Shown here in pieces: positions 1-9,119 of a DNA stretch of 64,000 nucleotides; positions within the stretch are counted from its first letter, which is position 1; every line of letters begins with the position of its first letter. This DNA is from a virus (lineage: Duplodnaviria > Caudoviricetes): IMG/VR virus record IMGVR_UViG_3300043786_001086, one strand, 5' to 3'. Both the position numbers and the translations under genes were made by a program. The notes under the pieces were generated by a model. It was not told the origin of the DNA and made no database searches. It saw nothing but the letters and a program-made list of their open reading frames with translations.

Positions 1-513
1 ACTTTGAGTTGGTGTTGGTGTGTTTGTTGGGGTTGGGGTTGGTGTCATTGACAAAATAAAATCTCTAGTCGGACTTGGTGTTGGTGTTGGAAATGGGGTA
101 ACACAACAATTGTATTGTAAAATATAACAATCGTTATATGTTAAATCATTTGCAATATAACTTTCAACAATATTTATATAAAGTGGTTCTCTTATTGGTA
201 AGATTAAAGTTCCTGTTTCATTTATAAATAAAAATTGACCCTCATACCTTCCAACTTTACTAGTGTCTTGTTGAGTGAATCTATAATACACATAATACTC
301 TGGTGTTGAGTTAGGGTCCATACCTAATTTTTCCACAAAACTTGCGGTTTTGGTATATACTTTGAATAAACCATTTGTGGTATCAACCATAGAAAAGAAA
401 ATGGAAGACCTTTCTATGAACTCCATCATAGAGTCATAGTTCTGAATACCATCTTTCACAACTTGTAATTTAAGAAGAGGTAAGGTAGAATTTTGGGCTA
501 TTGTAAATTCCAT
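1..513 (-). CDS. Putative virion structural protein, BppU-N-like domain plus Pro-Thr tail; 3'-truncated by window edge; paralog of 534..1034
   Basis: Not in ORF track. ATG at 513 reads MEFTIAQNSTLPLLKLQVVKDG...IFFSMVDT...EYYVYYRFT..DTSKVGRYEGQF...CCVTPFPTPTPSPT...TPTPTPT, open to position 1; ATAAATA motif at 527-533. Confidence 0.8.
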   Translation of the reverse strand, partial: MEFTIAQNSTLPLLKLQVVKDGIQNYDSMMEFIERSSIFFSMVDTTNGLFKVYTKTASFVEKLGMDPNSTPEYYVYYRFTQQDTSKVGRYEGQFLFINETGTLILPIREPLYINIVESYIANDLTYNDCYILQYNCCVTPFPTPTPSPTRDFILSMTPTPTPTNTPTPTQS

Positions 514-533
514 TTAATCTTTTACTATAAATA

Positions 534-1034
534 CTAGATAGTAGTGGTTGTTGTGGTGGTGTATATTATTGTTGTAGTTGTTGTGGTAACTGGAAACGGA
601 GGAAAGGGTAACGAACCCCCAATACAACAAGGAAAGTCCACAACATAACAAGATTGAAATTCCACATCATCTATTATAAAACTTTCCGTAACGTTTATAA
701 ATATATCTTGATTCAAAGGTAACGTCATTATACCTGTATCGTTTCTGAATAAAAATTGACCTTTATATCTTGCAACTTTTTTTGTGTCAAAAGGCGTGAA
801 TTGATAATAAACATAATATTCCGTTTCGGCACTTGTGCTAAGTTGCTCTTTTTTCATTAAACCTGCAGGTCTGCTTGAAATTCTTGGGATTCCAGTTTGA
901 GTATCAACCATCGAAAAGAATATGTCGGTTTCATTTAGATACCTCATCGTTCTATCGTAATCACTTCTACCGTCTTTTATGACGTTAATTTTTAATACGG
1001 GTAATGTTGAATTTTTCTTTATGAACCACTCCAT
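534..1034 (-). CDS. Putative virion structural protein, BppU-N-like domain with poly-Thr tail
   Basis: NSTLPVLK..KDG, IFFSMVDT, YYVYYQFT..DT..ARYKGQF pattern resembles baseplate upper protein N-terminal domains; ends TTTTTTIIYTTTTTTTI. Family call is moderate. Confidence 0.6.
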   Translation of the reverse strand: MEWFIKKNSTLPVLKINVIKDGRSDYDRTMRYLNETDIFFSMVDTQTGIPRISSRPAGLMKKEQLSTSAETEYYVYYQFTPFDTKKVARYKGQFLFRNDTGIMTLPLNQDIFINVTESFIIDDVEFQSCYVVDFPCCIGGSLPFPPFPVTTTTTTIIYTTTTTTTI

Positions 1035-1100
1035 TAAATCTTTTACATATAAATACTTTTATTTAAATTATTCATATAATAAAAGTGATAAAATACTAAA

Positions 1101-2774
1101 TTAACATTCTTTCCTTAATTCTTTGGGGTAATGATCGAACCTATCATGTTCAATTGGAGTTAGTAATAATAATCCTCCCCTTAGTTGATTTATCTTTGTT
1201 AGTTGGTAATGATGACTCATCCATGTATTTTCAAAAGGGTAACTCCACTTTGTATCCAAAAACATTTTTTTATTACCTTCTTGACTTATAATGTGAGTCC
1301 AATTACAGTAATAAATTTCCCCATCAACATATGGCAATCCTAAATGAGATTTAATATTATTAAATTTTGTTTTTGGAGCCTCTGGATCTAAACCACTAAC
1401 AGGTAAATTTGGTTTTTCGGGAAAAAACTCTACTCTTTTTTCTTGTGGTAAATTATACCAAGGCCAACAAGTCCCATTGTCACCATAAAATTCACTATAA
1501 TTTATTTTAAGAAATTCGAAATTCTCCTTATTCATTATTTCAACACATTTATCAAATAAATTTGGTGTATATCTATTAAACCCATTTCTACAAGTTTCGT
1601 ATGGTTTGTTTTGAAAAAACATATCGTCCTCTGACCACCACATATATTGTAAATCGGTATTTGCAAAATGTTCAGCGACGAATTGTCTTCCACCACAAAT
1701 TCCTATATTGTCTTTTTTAATGTGCTCAAATCCATATTGCTCACACAATCTTTCATATTCGGGAGTTGTCGTCAGATCCGTTGAATTATTCAGTAGAAAT
1801 TTTTTAGTTTTATAAATGAAGTTTATGTCATATCCCAACATAGATTTTATTAGAGTTTCAAATTGTTTTGGACTATTGAACGTTATAACATATAATCCAA
1901 CATCCCCATTTTTATTAACGACAATAGGTTCATTTTTTCTAAAACTTTTAATAATGACAGAATCATTTTTTACATCCTCAAAAAATTTGTAAAGTAGTCC
2001 ATTCGATTCTATTTCTACATAATCAATGTTAGTTGGGTTGGTATATGTCATAATAGAAAATAAACTTTCTTCCGTTCCCATTAAACCGTTATTTAATGTG
2101 GTTCTCATTAGATCGTAATACAAAGTATTCATTTCTCTAATCATCATTTTAGAACCACCAAAAAAACCACCCCTACATACTTTATTTACTCTTTGACCAA
2201 CAATCTCGGTCATCGAATCAATATCAAAACCATGAATTTCTCTGTCGGCATCATATGGGAATGCGATGAAAGTAAAACGATTAAATAAATTTTCTATTTT
2301 ATCTAAAACTTTATCGTGAGTGAAATAACCCATATTTACGGTGTTTGCAATTCCAGCGTCTAACCAAAATAATTTTTGAGAATTAAATTTGTCTAATATA
2401 ACCGCATCATGTAATAAAAACATTTTTGACATTACAAGAGGATTATACATTTCGAGTTTTGCCTGTGTTGAATCTTTTAACCAACCGGATAAATTATACC
2501 AATTTGGGTTTGTTCTAATTTCTTGGATCTTATCGTAAAATTCACCCTTAAACCATGATAGATTTCTAACGATAAATTGTGTGTTTTCAGGACTTCGTTT
2601 GGAAAAAACAAATTTTTCTAATTCACCATCACCGAATATAATCATATTACAATCTACCTCTAGTAGTTGTGAAAATTTTTCTAAATAATGATCATAAGAT
2701 CTTGCCCAACCTTCTGTAAGTTCGTTTCGTTTTATATCCCATAAACCAGTAACTATTGTCAATTTTGAATTCAA
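1101..2774 (-). CDS. HtrL/YibB(WlaTC)-like domain fused to a C-terminal GT-A-like glycosyltransferase domain
   Basis: N-terminus LTIVTGLWDI...WLDAG...GGFFGG...GTEESL typical of HtrL/YibB family; C-terminal half VGLYVITFNSP...WWSEDDMFF is GT-A-like. TTG start. Confidence 0.6.
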   Translation of the reverse strand: MNSKLTIVTGLWDIKRNELTEGWARSYDHYLEKFSQLLEVDCNMIIFGDGELEKFVFSKRSPENTQFIVRNLSWFKGEFYDKIQEIRTNPNWYNLSGWLKDSTQAKLEMYNPLVMSKMFLLHDAVILDKFNSQKLFWLDAGIANTVNMGYFTHDKVLDKIENLFNRFTFIAFPYDADREIHGFDIDSMTEIVGQRVNKVCRGGFFGGSKMMIREMNTLYYDLMRTTLNNGLMGTEESLFSIMTYTNPTNIDYVEIESNGLLYKFFEDVKNDSVIIKSFRKNEPIVVNKNGDVGLYVITFNSPKQFETLIKSMLGYDINFIYKTKKFLLNNSTDLTTTPEYERLCEQYGFEHIKKDNIGICGGRQFVAEHFANTDLQYMWWSEDDMFFQNKPYETCRNGFNRYTPNLFDKCVEIMNKENFEFLKINYSEFYGDNGTCWPWYNLPQEKRVEFFPEKPNLPVSGLDPEAPKTKFNNIKSHLGLPYVDGEIYYCNWTHIISQEGNKKMFLDTKWSYPFENTWMSHHYQLTKINQLRGGLLLLTPIEHDRFDHYPKELRKEC

Positions 2775-2801
2775 ACCTCGTAATTTTTTTAAAAAATTTT
2801 A

Positions 2802-4376
2802 TTAATGTTTGGTGAAGTAATAATCATTTAGTATTAAACAATCCATCTGTGTCTTATCATAAACTTGAATTGCATCGGTATATCTTGAAAGTATTGGTTT
2901 TCCATTCACATTGAATGATGTGTTTAGTAAAACTCCAATACCAGATTTTTTTTCAAATTCGGTGAGTAAATTATATAACCAAGGATTTTGTTTTTCTGTA
3001 ACGGTCTGAACTCTTGCGGTTCCATCAACATGGGTAATAGAAACCAATTTTTCTCTCCACTCTTCTTTTACAGTAGGACAAAATCCCATCCATCTACTTT
3101 CACCACTAAAATTAAAATATTTAGAAACATCTTCTAATTTACAGACAGGAGCAAATGGTCTATACCATTCTCTGTTTTTTACTTTTTGATTGAGTATGTC
3201 TTTCATATTATCATATGCCGGATTACAAATAATACTTCGATTACCAAGAGCACGAGGACCATGTTCGGAATTTCCTCTAACCACTCCAACAATTTTTCCA
3301 TTAGATAAATCATCAATTAGTTTTTCATAATTAATTGGTTTGGCGTGCCGTTCCTCAACGTGAGACATTAGTGTGTGTTTATCTAATATATCAATACCAG
3401 AATACGTAATATCAATCGCCTTTTCGGGTTTAATATGATTTAATATCATACCTGTTGCAATTCCGCAATCATTTGGATTTGGTGGAACAAATACAGGTCT
3501 ATTCAATTCGTCGTGTAATCTTGTGTTCAATAAAATATTAAGACCACAACCCCCAACAAGAATTAAAGGTATATTAGGAAACTTATCTAAAAATGGTTTA
3601 ATCATTTCTATAAAGACTTCTTCAAATGCAACCTGTGAAGTTTTTGCAACGTCCCAACCCAACTGATCTGTCATTCTATTATTTATATCAAATGATAAAT
3701 TTGTTTGACTTCCCAACTCACTCAAATATTGTAAGTAGTTGTTCCCATCAGGTTTTTTTCTATAATACTCTTTAAAATAAGGTAACCAATTTTCATTTAC
3801 ATTACCATAAGAACAAAGACCCATAATTTTTCCTGAATAAACTAAATTACCAATGCTAAGAGCCGGTTCTCTTCTTATGTCTCCTAAGTAATCCCCAAAA
3901 GACATGTATGGAAATCCTAAATCAATATTAAATTTTTCTACGATATTAATTGTCTTTCTATCCTTTGCGTGGTAGATATTAAAAAATCCATCGTTACCAC
4001 CACCATCAAAAGATACAATCAAAGCCTCGTTGTAGTCTGTTTGATAAAAACCACAAGCTGCGTGACTTAAGTGATGGAGACATTCTATATATTCTTTAGC
4101 TGGTATTAATTTTTGATAATGAACTTTTGTATTACCTTCGATAGTATCTGAATTTAAAAAGTAACATTTATCATATTCAAAAATTCCATACTCGTCTTTG
4201 ATATACTCAACAATATGTTTAAGTAAAAAAGGTCTTGTGTAAGATACTAAATACTGCGAATAGCCCGCATTTTTTTGTGAAAGGAATCTCTCAACTTCAA
4301 TAACTACAATAATTTCACCTTGGTTTTCAACAACAACAGAAGCGTTATGTGAACCATAAAAAGATATGTTTGCCAT
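2802..4376 (-). CDS. Carbamoyltransferase, NodU/CmcH family
   Basis: GSHNAS, HHLSHAA, DGGG, GKIMGL, EHGPRALGNRSI, REWYRPFAP, HVDGTARVQTV, LLNTSFN motifs. Confidence 0.95.
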   Translation of the reverse strand: MANISFYGSHNASVVVENQGEIIVVIEVERFLSQKNAGYSQYLVSYTRPFLLKHIVEYIKDEYGIFEYDKCYFLNSDTIEGNTKVHYQKLIPAKEYIECLHHLSHAACGFYQTDYNEALIVSFDGGGNDGFFNIYHAKDRKTINIVEKFNIDLGFPYMSFGDYLGDIRREPALSIGNLVYSGKIMGLCSYGNVNENWLPYFKEYYRKKPDGNNYLQYLSELGSQTNLSFDINNRMTDQLGWDVAKTSQVAFEEVFIEMIKPFLDKFPNIPLILVGGCGLNILLNTRLHDELNRPVFVPPNPNDCGIATGMILNHIKPEKAIDITYSGIDILDKHTLMSHVEERHAKPINYEKLIDDLSNGKIVGVVRGNSEHGPRALGNRSIICNPAYDNMKDILNQKVKNREWYRPFAPVCKLEDVSKYFNFSGESRWMGFCPTVKEEWREKLVSITHVDGTARVQTVTEKQNPWLYNLLTEFEKKSGIGVLLNTSFNVNGKPILSRYTDAIQVYDKTQMDCLILNDYYFTKH

Positions 4377-4379
4377 TTT

Positions 4380-5624
4380 TTATAAATTGCCAGTTATTCT
4401 ATCGCACCAACCTTTAGATTTAGAATAAGGCCAAACAACCCAATATTTTGGTTTTTGAGTTGTATTAAACTCTCTCCATATCTTACAGTATCCATCAGGA
4501 TCTTTTTTACAATTATTTATTTCATTAATATCGGCATCTCGTCTATATATCGTTTCATCTTTGTCGTCGTGAAACGCAACTACCCAAAAATCATAATCTT
4601 CTTCGGGAACATTATTAAAACTCAAATCAATACAATGTTTAAAAATTGTTGAAAATGATTTTTTCCATTCATCTTCATTTTCAAAATTGTAAGTGTTTGG
4701 TGGATATTTTTTATCAATTGTTTCTTGTTGAATACCTCTTGTCTCAAATAAAAGACCTGCGTATTTTTCGTAATCTTTGATTGTTCTTTCAGATCCGAAC
4801 CACTCTAAGTAATCTCCATCAAACTTTTCACCATCAACTCCAAGTAGTTGTCTGTTTTTTTTATGACACGAAATGTTTTTCAAATACCATTCTTTATCAT
4901 CATCCCATTGTTTTGTTCTACCTTTACGAGTGTATTCGTGCCAAATAAGAACTTTGTGTGGATGAAATAAGTCATACCCATGAGTGTAGGCTCGAACAGT
5001 TATAGAAATTTCTTCTCCGTGGAAATAAAATTCAGGATCATGTTGAACTTCCTTTGAAAACTCACCCAATGTAAAACAATAGTGGGCAGAATAAAATCTT
5101 GCAGGAACAGGTTCTTTCATTTCTTGCCAACCAGGAATAGTTTCAGGTAAGAAAAACACGACACCTTCGGGGGTGAATCTGTCAAATGACATTCTCCATG
5201 GTTCTTTAACTCTTCCTTCAGGATCATTTTCAGGATCAAATGATGAAACATAACCTGTAAGTAATGGTTTTTTGTATCCCTTTTTTTGAAGTTGTTTAAT
5301 CATTTTAATCATTTCATCGTCCCAGTTTTTTTCAAAACGCATATGGGAGTCTATTTGTAAAGTATATTCTTCACCACCATATAATTGTTGGACTTGATGT
5401 CTCGCCCAACAAACACCTTTTGAATCTGTATAAGGAATATCTAAAATTCTAAATCTTTTATCTTTTTTGTATTTAGATAAATCGTCAAAACCATCTTCAG
5501 GATGAAATTGCCTTGCAACACCTATAACTATGTTTTTAGGTTTTTTGGCATTTTCTAACAAGTTTTCGATTGTTGGTATAAGTTGGGGGTCTCTATAAGA
5601 TGCGATTTGGACAAATATTTTCAT
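4380..5624 (-). CDS. Polypeptide/hydroxyproline GlcNAc transferase-like glycosyltransferase (Skp1 Gnt1/GT60-like, Pfam GlcNAc)
   Basis: IFVQIASYRDPQL, GVCWAR, YTLQIDSHMRF..NWD, YFHGEE...RAYTHGYD, HEY motifs match the Gnt1/GT60 family. Confidence 0.85.
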   Translation of the reverse strand: MKIFVQIASYRDPQLIPTIENLLENAKKPKNIVIGVARQFHPEDGFDDLSKYKKDKRFRILDIPYTDSKGVCWARHQVQQLYGGEEYTLQIDSHMRFEKNWDDEMIKMIKQLQKKGYKKPLLTGYVSSFDPENDPEGRVKEPWRMSFDRFTPEGVVFFLPETIPGWQEMKEPVPARFYSAHYCFTLGEFSKEVQHDPEFYFHGEEISITVRAYTHGYDLFHPHKVLIWHEYTRKGRTKQWDDDKEWYLKNISCHKKNRQLLGVDGEKFDGDYLEWFGSERTIKDYEKYAGLLFETRGIQQETIDKKYPPNTYNFENEDEWKKSFSTIFKHCIDLSFNNVPEEDYDFWVVAFHDDKDETIYRRDADINEINNCKKDPDGYCKIWREFNTTQKPKYWVVWPYSKSKGWCDRITGNL

Positions 5625-5684
5625 GGATTTTTTTTAAAAAAATATTATAATGTATAGTAAAATAAAGTATTTATAAACTAAGAC

Positions 5685-6029
5685 ATGCCGAAACAAATAA
5701 TAATAACTTCTATATCTGGTAATTCTCCTTTTGATTTTTACGCTTGTGATATAACAAACACATATTGTTATTTGATTGCGTCCTCCGTTGTTGCTCCTCC
5801 GGTCTTGGTGTTGGATATTCCACCACCTTTAGATGTTGCAAGTGTTGTAAATGTTAAGGTTATTGACTCAAGTGGTTGCACTGAGTTTATAAATTATTCT
5901 TGTTCACCAACACCCACTATGACAGTAACACCCACAATGACCCCAACAATAACAGTGACACCTGGACTAAGTCCTACTGTGACACCCAGTGTTACACCAA
6001 CAATAACACCAACACCAACTTTTATATAA
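5685..6029 (+). CDS. Small putative virion protein with Pro-Thr repeat tail
   Basis: About 70-aa Cys-containing beta-type domain followed by SPTPTMTVTPT...PTPTFI; TATTTAT motif 10 nt upstream. Confidence 0.7.
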   Translation: MPKQIIITSISGNSPFDFYACDITNTYCYLIASSVVAPPVLVLDIPPPLDVASVVNVKVIDSSGCTEFINYSCSPTPTMTVTPTMTPTITVTPGLSPTVTPSVTPTITPTPTFI

Positions 6030-6083
6030 CTCAAATTAAGTAATCAAAAATCAATTTATTATTTATTGATTTTATTTAATGAA

Positions 6084-6115
6084 TTGTTAATTTTAATACA
6101 TAGAAAATAGGTTTG
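6084..6115 (+). promoter_or_regulatory. Possible Bacteroidota sigma70-type promoter upstream of the J-domain gene
   Basis: TTG (6084-6086), 21-nt spacer, TAGGTTTG (6108-6115) fits the TTG-N19-21-TAnnTTTG consensus. Confidence 0.4.
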
Positions 6116-6144
6116 AAAATTAAACCTTATCTATTTATCAAAAG

Positions 6145-6705
6145 ATGAAAAATCACAAACTATATGAATATAAAATAAAAATTCTATTGAATGAGTTAGA
6201 AACATTAGAATTGAATGAGATTTACGTTGAAGAGTTCACAAACACCTATAAGACACAATTCATGTCAGAAGTAGTTGGTCTGTCAGATGAATCAATAACC
6301 AATTCAGGGGACACAAAAAATGGAGAAACACAGATAAAAAAAGAAGATATATATGATGTCGATGAAAATGATAAACAAAGAATTAAAGAAATATATCGAA
6401 CAATTGCAAAACAGACTCATCCTGATAAAATAAATGATAATTACTTAAATCAAATTTATATTGAATCACACAAGGCATATGAAAAAAATGACCTATTGAG
6501 TTTATATAAACTTTGTAAAAAGTTAAACATAGAAATTGAATTTGTAGAATCAGATATTACTTTATTACAAAAAATTGTTAATTTAAAAAAACAAAAATCT
6601 ACAGTTTTAGAAACATCTTTTTTATGGTTATGGGTTCATGCAAAAACAAAGGAAGAAAAAGAATCTGTAATCTATCTATATATAAAACAATCAAAAGGAA
6701 TTTAG
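6145..6705 (+). CDS. J-domain (DnaJ-like) co-chaperone
   Basis: IKEIYRTIAKQTHPDK...IYIESHKAYE: helix II, HPD motif, helix III of a J domain. Confidence 0.8.
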   Translation: MKNHKLYEYKIKILLNELETLELNEIYVEEFTNTYKTQFMSEVVGLSDESITNSGDTKNGETQIKKEDIYDVDENDKQRIKEIYRTIAKQTHPDKINDNYLNQIYIESHKAYEKNDLLSLYKLCKKLNIEIEFVESDITLLQKIVNLKKQKSTVLETSFLWLWVHAKTKEEKESVIYLYIKQSKGI

Positions 6706-6706
6706 A

Positions 6707-7855
6707 ATGAAAAGAATTGGGATAACCGTTAAGATAAATAATAGTTTATTTGCAAATGGTGTTAATCAAAACGCATTATACTTAGCAAGAGTTTTGAAAA
6801 AAGGTGGGTATATTGTGGATTTGATTTGTGGAGATCAAAAAACCATAGATGACGTTAGTGAATATGAAAAAGAAATCAACACATTTAGTTTAGAAAAATC
6901 TTATAATATAAGATATAATTTGATAATCCAAGTAGGACTTACCGTTAGTAAAAAAATGTTTTCAAATTGGAAACAAAAAAATAAAGACTTGAAGTTTGTA
7001 ACATATGAATGTGGTAATCATTATTTAATCAACACTGAAAGAATGTTGTTTGATTACAAAAGAGAAAATAACACTTTAAAAGATAGATTTGATTATGACC
7101 AAATACCTCATCAAGTGTGGTCAATTCCTCAAATGGAGAATACTAATTACTTTTTTTATAAATTTTACACAGGACAAGAAAAAGTTACTGTAGTTCCTTT
7201 TATATGGGATCCATTTGTTATAGAACGTTCATTTGAGATTAGAGAAAAATCTACATACACACCAAGACCTATTGAAAAATGTGGAGTTTTAGAACCAAAC
7301 ATGTCGGTCATGAAAAATTCAATATTACCAACAATAATACTAAATAAAAGTCAAAAAACTAATCCATTAAAACACATTTACGTATTTGGAACTGAATTAA
7401 TAAGAGACTCAAAACCATATGTTAATTTTATTCAATCAACAGACATTTATAAAAATAAAATATTGACCGTTGAATCTAGATTCCAAACAGATAAAGTTTT
7501 AACCGAACACGTTGATTTTGTTTTAAGTTGGCAATGGGAAAATAATTTAAACTATTTATGGTTCGATGTTGCATGGATGGGATATCCAATCATCCATAAT
7601 GGATCTATGTGTCAAGATGTTGGATACTATTACGAAGGATTTGACGGTGATGATGCGGTTTTGAAAATTGATGAGGTAATTAAAACTCATAACGATAATT
7701 ATGGAAATTACTTAACTAAAAATCGAGAGATAATCAAAAGGTATACATCTCAAAATGATAATTTAGTTTTGCAATATAAGTATTTGGTTGATAATGTATT
7801 GAACAATAAATTTGAAAGAAAACAATACGATTGGAAAGAAAATAAAATATATTAA
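6707..7855 (+). CDS. DUF2827-like GT-B glycosyltransferase-like protein
   Basis: IGIT...FANGVNQN, CGNHY, VWSIPQ, VPFIWDP, EPNMSVMK, NNLNYLWFD, GYPIIHN, GYYYEGFD pattern. Confidence 0.65.
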   Translation: MKRIGITVKINNSLFANGVNQNALYLARVLKKGGYIVDLICGDQKTIDDVSEYEKEINTFSLEKSYNIRYNLIIQVGLTVSKKMFSNWKQKNKDLKFVTYECGNHYLINTERMLFDYKRENNTLKDRFDYDQIPHQVWSIPQMENTNYFFYKFYTGQEKVTVVPFIWDPFVIERSFEIREKSTYTPRPIEKCGVLEPNMSVMKNSILPTIILNKSQKTNPLKHIYVFGTELIRDSKPYVNFIQSTDIYKNKILTVESRFQTDKVLTEHVDFVLSWQWENNLNYLWFDVAWMGYPIIHNGSMCQDVGYYYEGFDGDDAVLKIDEVIKTHNDNYGNYLTKNREIIKRYTSQNDNLVLQYKYLVDNVLNNKFERKQYDWKENKIY

Positions 7856-7865
7856 AACTTATAAA

Positions 7866-9068
7866 ATGAAAAATTTAAAAATTGGTATTACAATATCTTT
7901 GATGAATTATTCCGAGTCTATTTGGACTAATGGTTTAAAACAAAATATATTGATGTTTATTCACCTTTTAAAACAATCAAAAAATAATTATGAGGTTTTT
8001 CTTTTAAATACAAATAAGGTTGAGGGTGATGATGCCAAAAAAGGAAACTATCTTAAAGATATTGATATATTTTATTTTGATGACAAATATATGGAAATGG
8101 ATTTAATCTTTCCGATGGGATCTCAAATCCATGAAGAAAAAGTTTTGAAATTTAAAGAATCGGGAAATAAAAAATATGTCGCATATAAATGTGGAAACAA
8201 TTATGTATTACATATGGAAAAAGTTTTGTTTGATGAAAACAAAAAAAAATATATGGAAATCGAAACAACTTTTGATGAAGTATGGTATATACCACAACAA
8301 CATGAAACAAATTATGGATATTATAATACGTTATATCGAACAAATGCAATTATGGTTCCATTCATTTGGCATCATAAATTTTTGTTAGAAAGTGTTAAAG
8401 AAATCGAACAGGGGTTTATCGATGGTAAATATAAAAAGGGTTATAAATACCAACCTTTTAAAGAAAAGAAAACTATTGGTGTGATGGAGCCAAATATTAA
8501 TATTGTTAAATACGCACTTATTCCAACTATGATAACAGAAGAATGTTACAGAGGTGAAATTGGTAAAAAAAATATCAATTCTTTAATGATTACAAATGCA
8601 CAAAATTTGAAAACAAATCATGAGTTTATGGGGTTGATAAAAACTTTCGATTTATATAAAGATGGTAAAGTTACCGGTGAAGGTAGATATCAAACGGCCT
8701 TTGTTTTGAGTCAGTATGTTGATATTTTAGTTTGTCATCAAGTTTTAAATCCTTTGAATTATTTATATTTGGACGCAGCGTTTCTTGGTTATCCTGTTTT
8801 ACATAACGCACCTTTGTGTAAAGATCTTGGTTATTACTACGAAGGATCTGATACGGTTGAGGGGTCAAAACAATTAAATTATATTTTAACCGAACACGAT
8901 AATAATTTAACAGAATATCATGAAAGAAATGATAAGGTCCTTCAAAGATATCACGCTGATAATGAAATGTTGGTTGAAACTTATGATAAAATGATATATA
9001 ACTTGTTTAATGGGGGTAATAAACATTTGATTTATAATCCAAAAACAAATTTATACGATAATCTATAA
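7866..9068 (+). CDS. DUF2827-like GT-B glycosyltransferase-like protein (tandem paralog)
   Basis: Start moved to ATG 7866 (MKNLKIGIT); SIWTNGLKQN, CGNNY, VWYIPQ, VPFIWH, EPNINIVK, LNYLYLD, GYPVLHN, GYYYEG. Confidence 0.65.
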   Translation: MKNLKIGITISLMNYSESIWTNGLKQNILMFIHLLKQSKNNYEVFLLNTNKVEGDDAKKGNYLKDIDIFYFDDKYMEMDLIFPMGSQIHEEKVLKFKESGNKKYVAYKCGNNYVLHMEKVLFDENKKKYMEIETTFDEVWYIPQQHETNYGYYNTLYRTNAIMVPFIWHHKFLLESVKEIEQGFIDGKYKKGYKYQPFKEKKTIGVMEPNINIVKYALIPTMITEECYRGEIGKKNINSLMITNAQNLKTNHEFMGLIKTFDLYKDGKVTGEGRYQTAFVLSQYVDILVCHQVLNPLNYLYLDAAFLGYPVLHNAPLCKDLGYYYEGSDTVEGSKQLNYILTEHDNNLTEYHERNDKVLQRYHADNEMLVETYDKMIYNLFNGGNKHLIYNPKTNLYDNL

Positions 9069-9104
9069 CAAAAAAAGAGTCCCTAAGGACTCTTTTTTTT
9101 TTGT
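9069..9104. terminator. Bidirectional intrinsic terminator
   Basis: AAAAAAAGAGTCC-CTAA-GGACTCTTTTTTT between convergent genes. Confidence 0.9.
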
Positions 9105-9119
9105 TATTATAACAATAAC

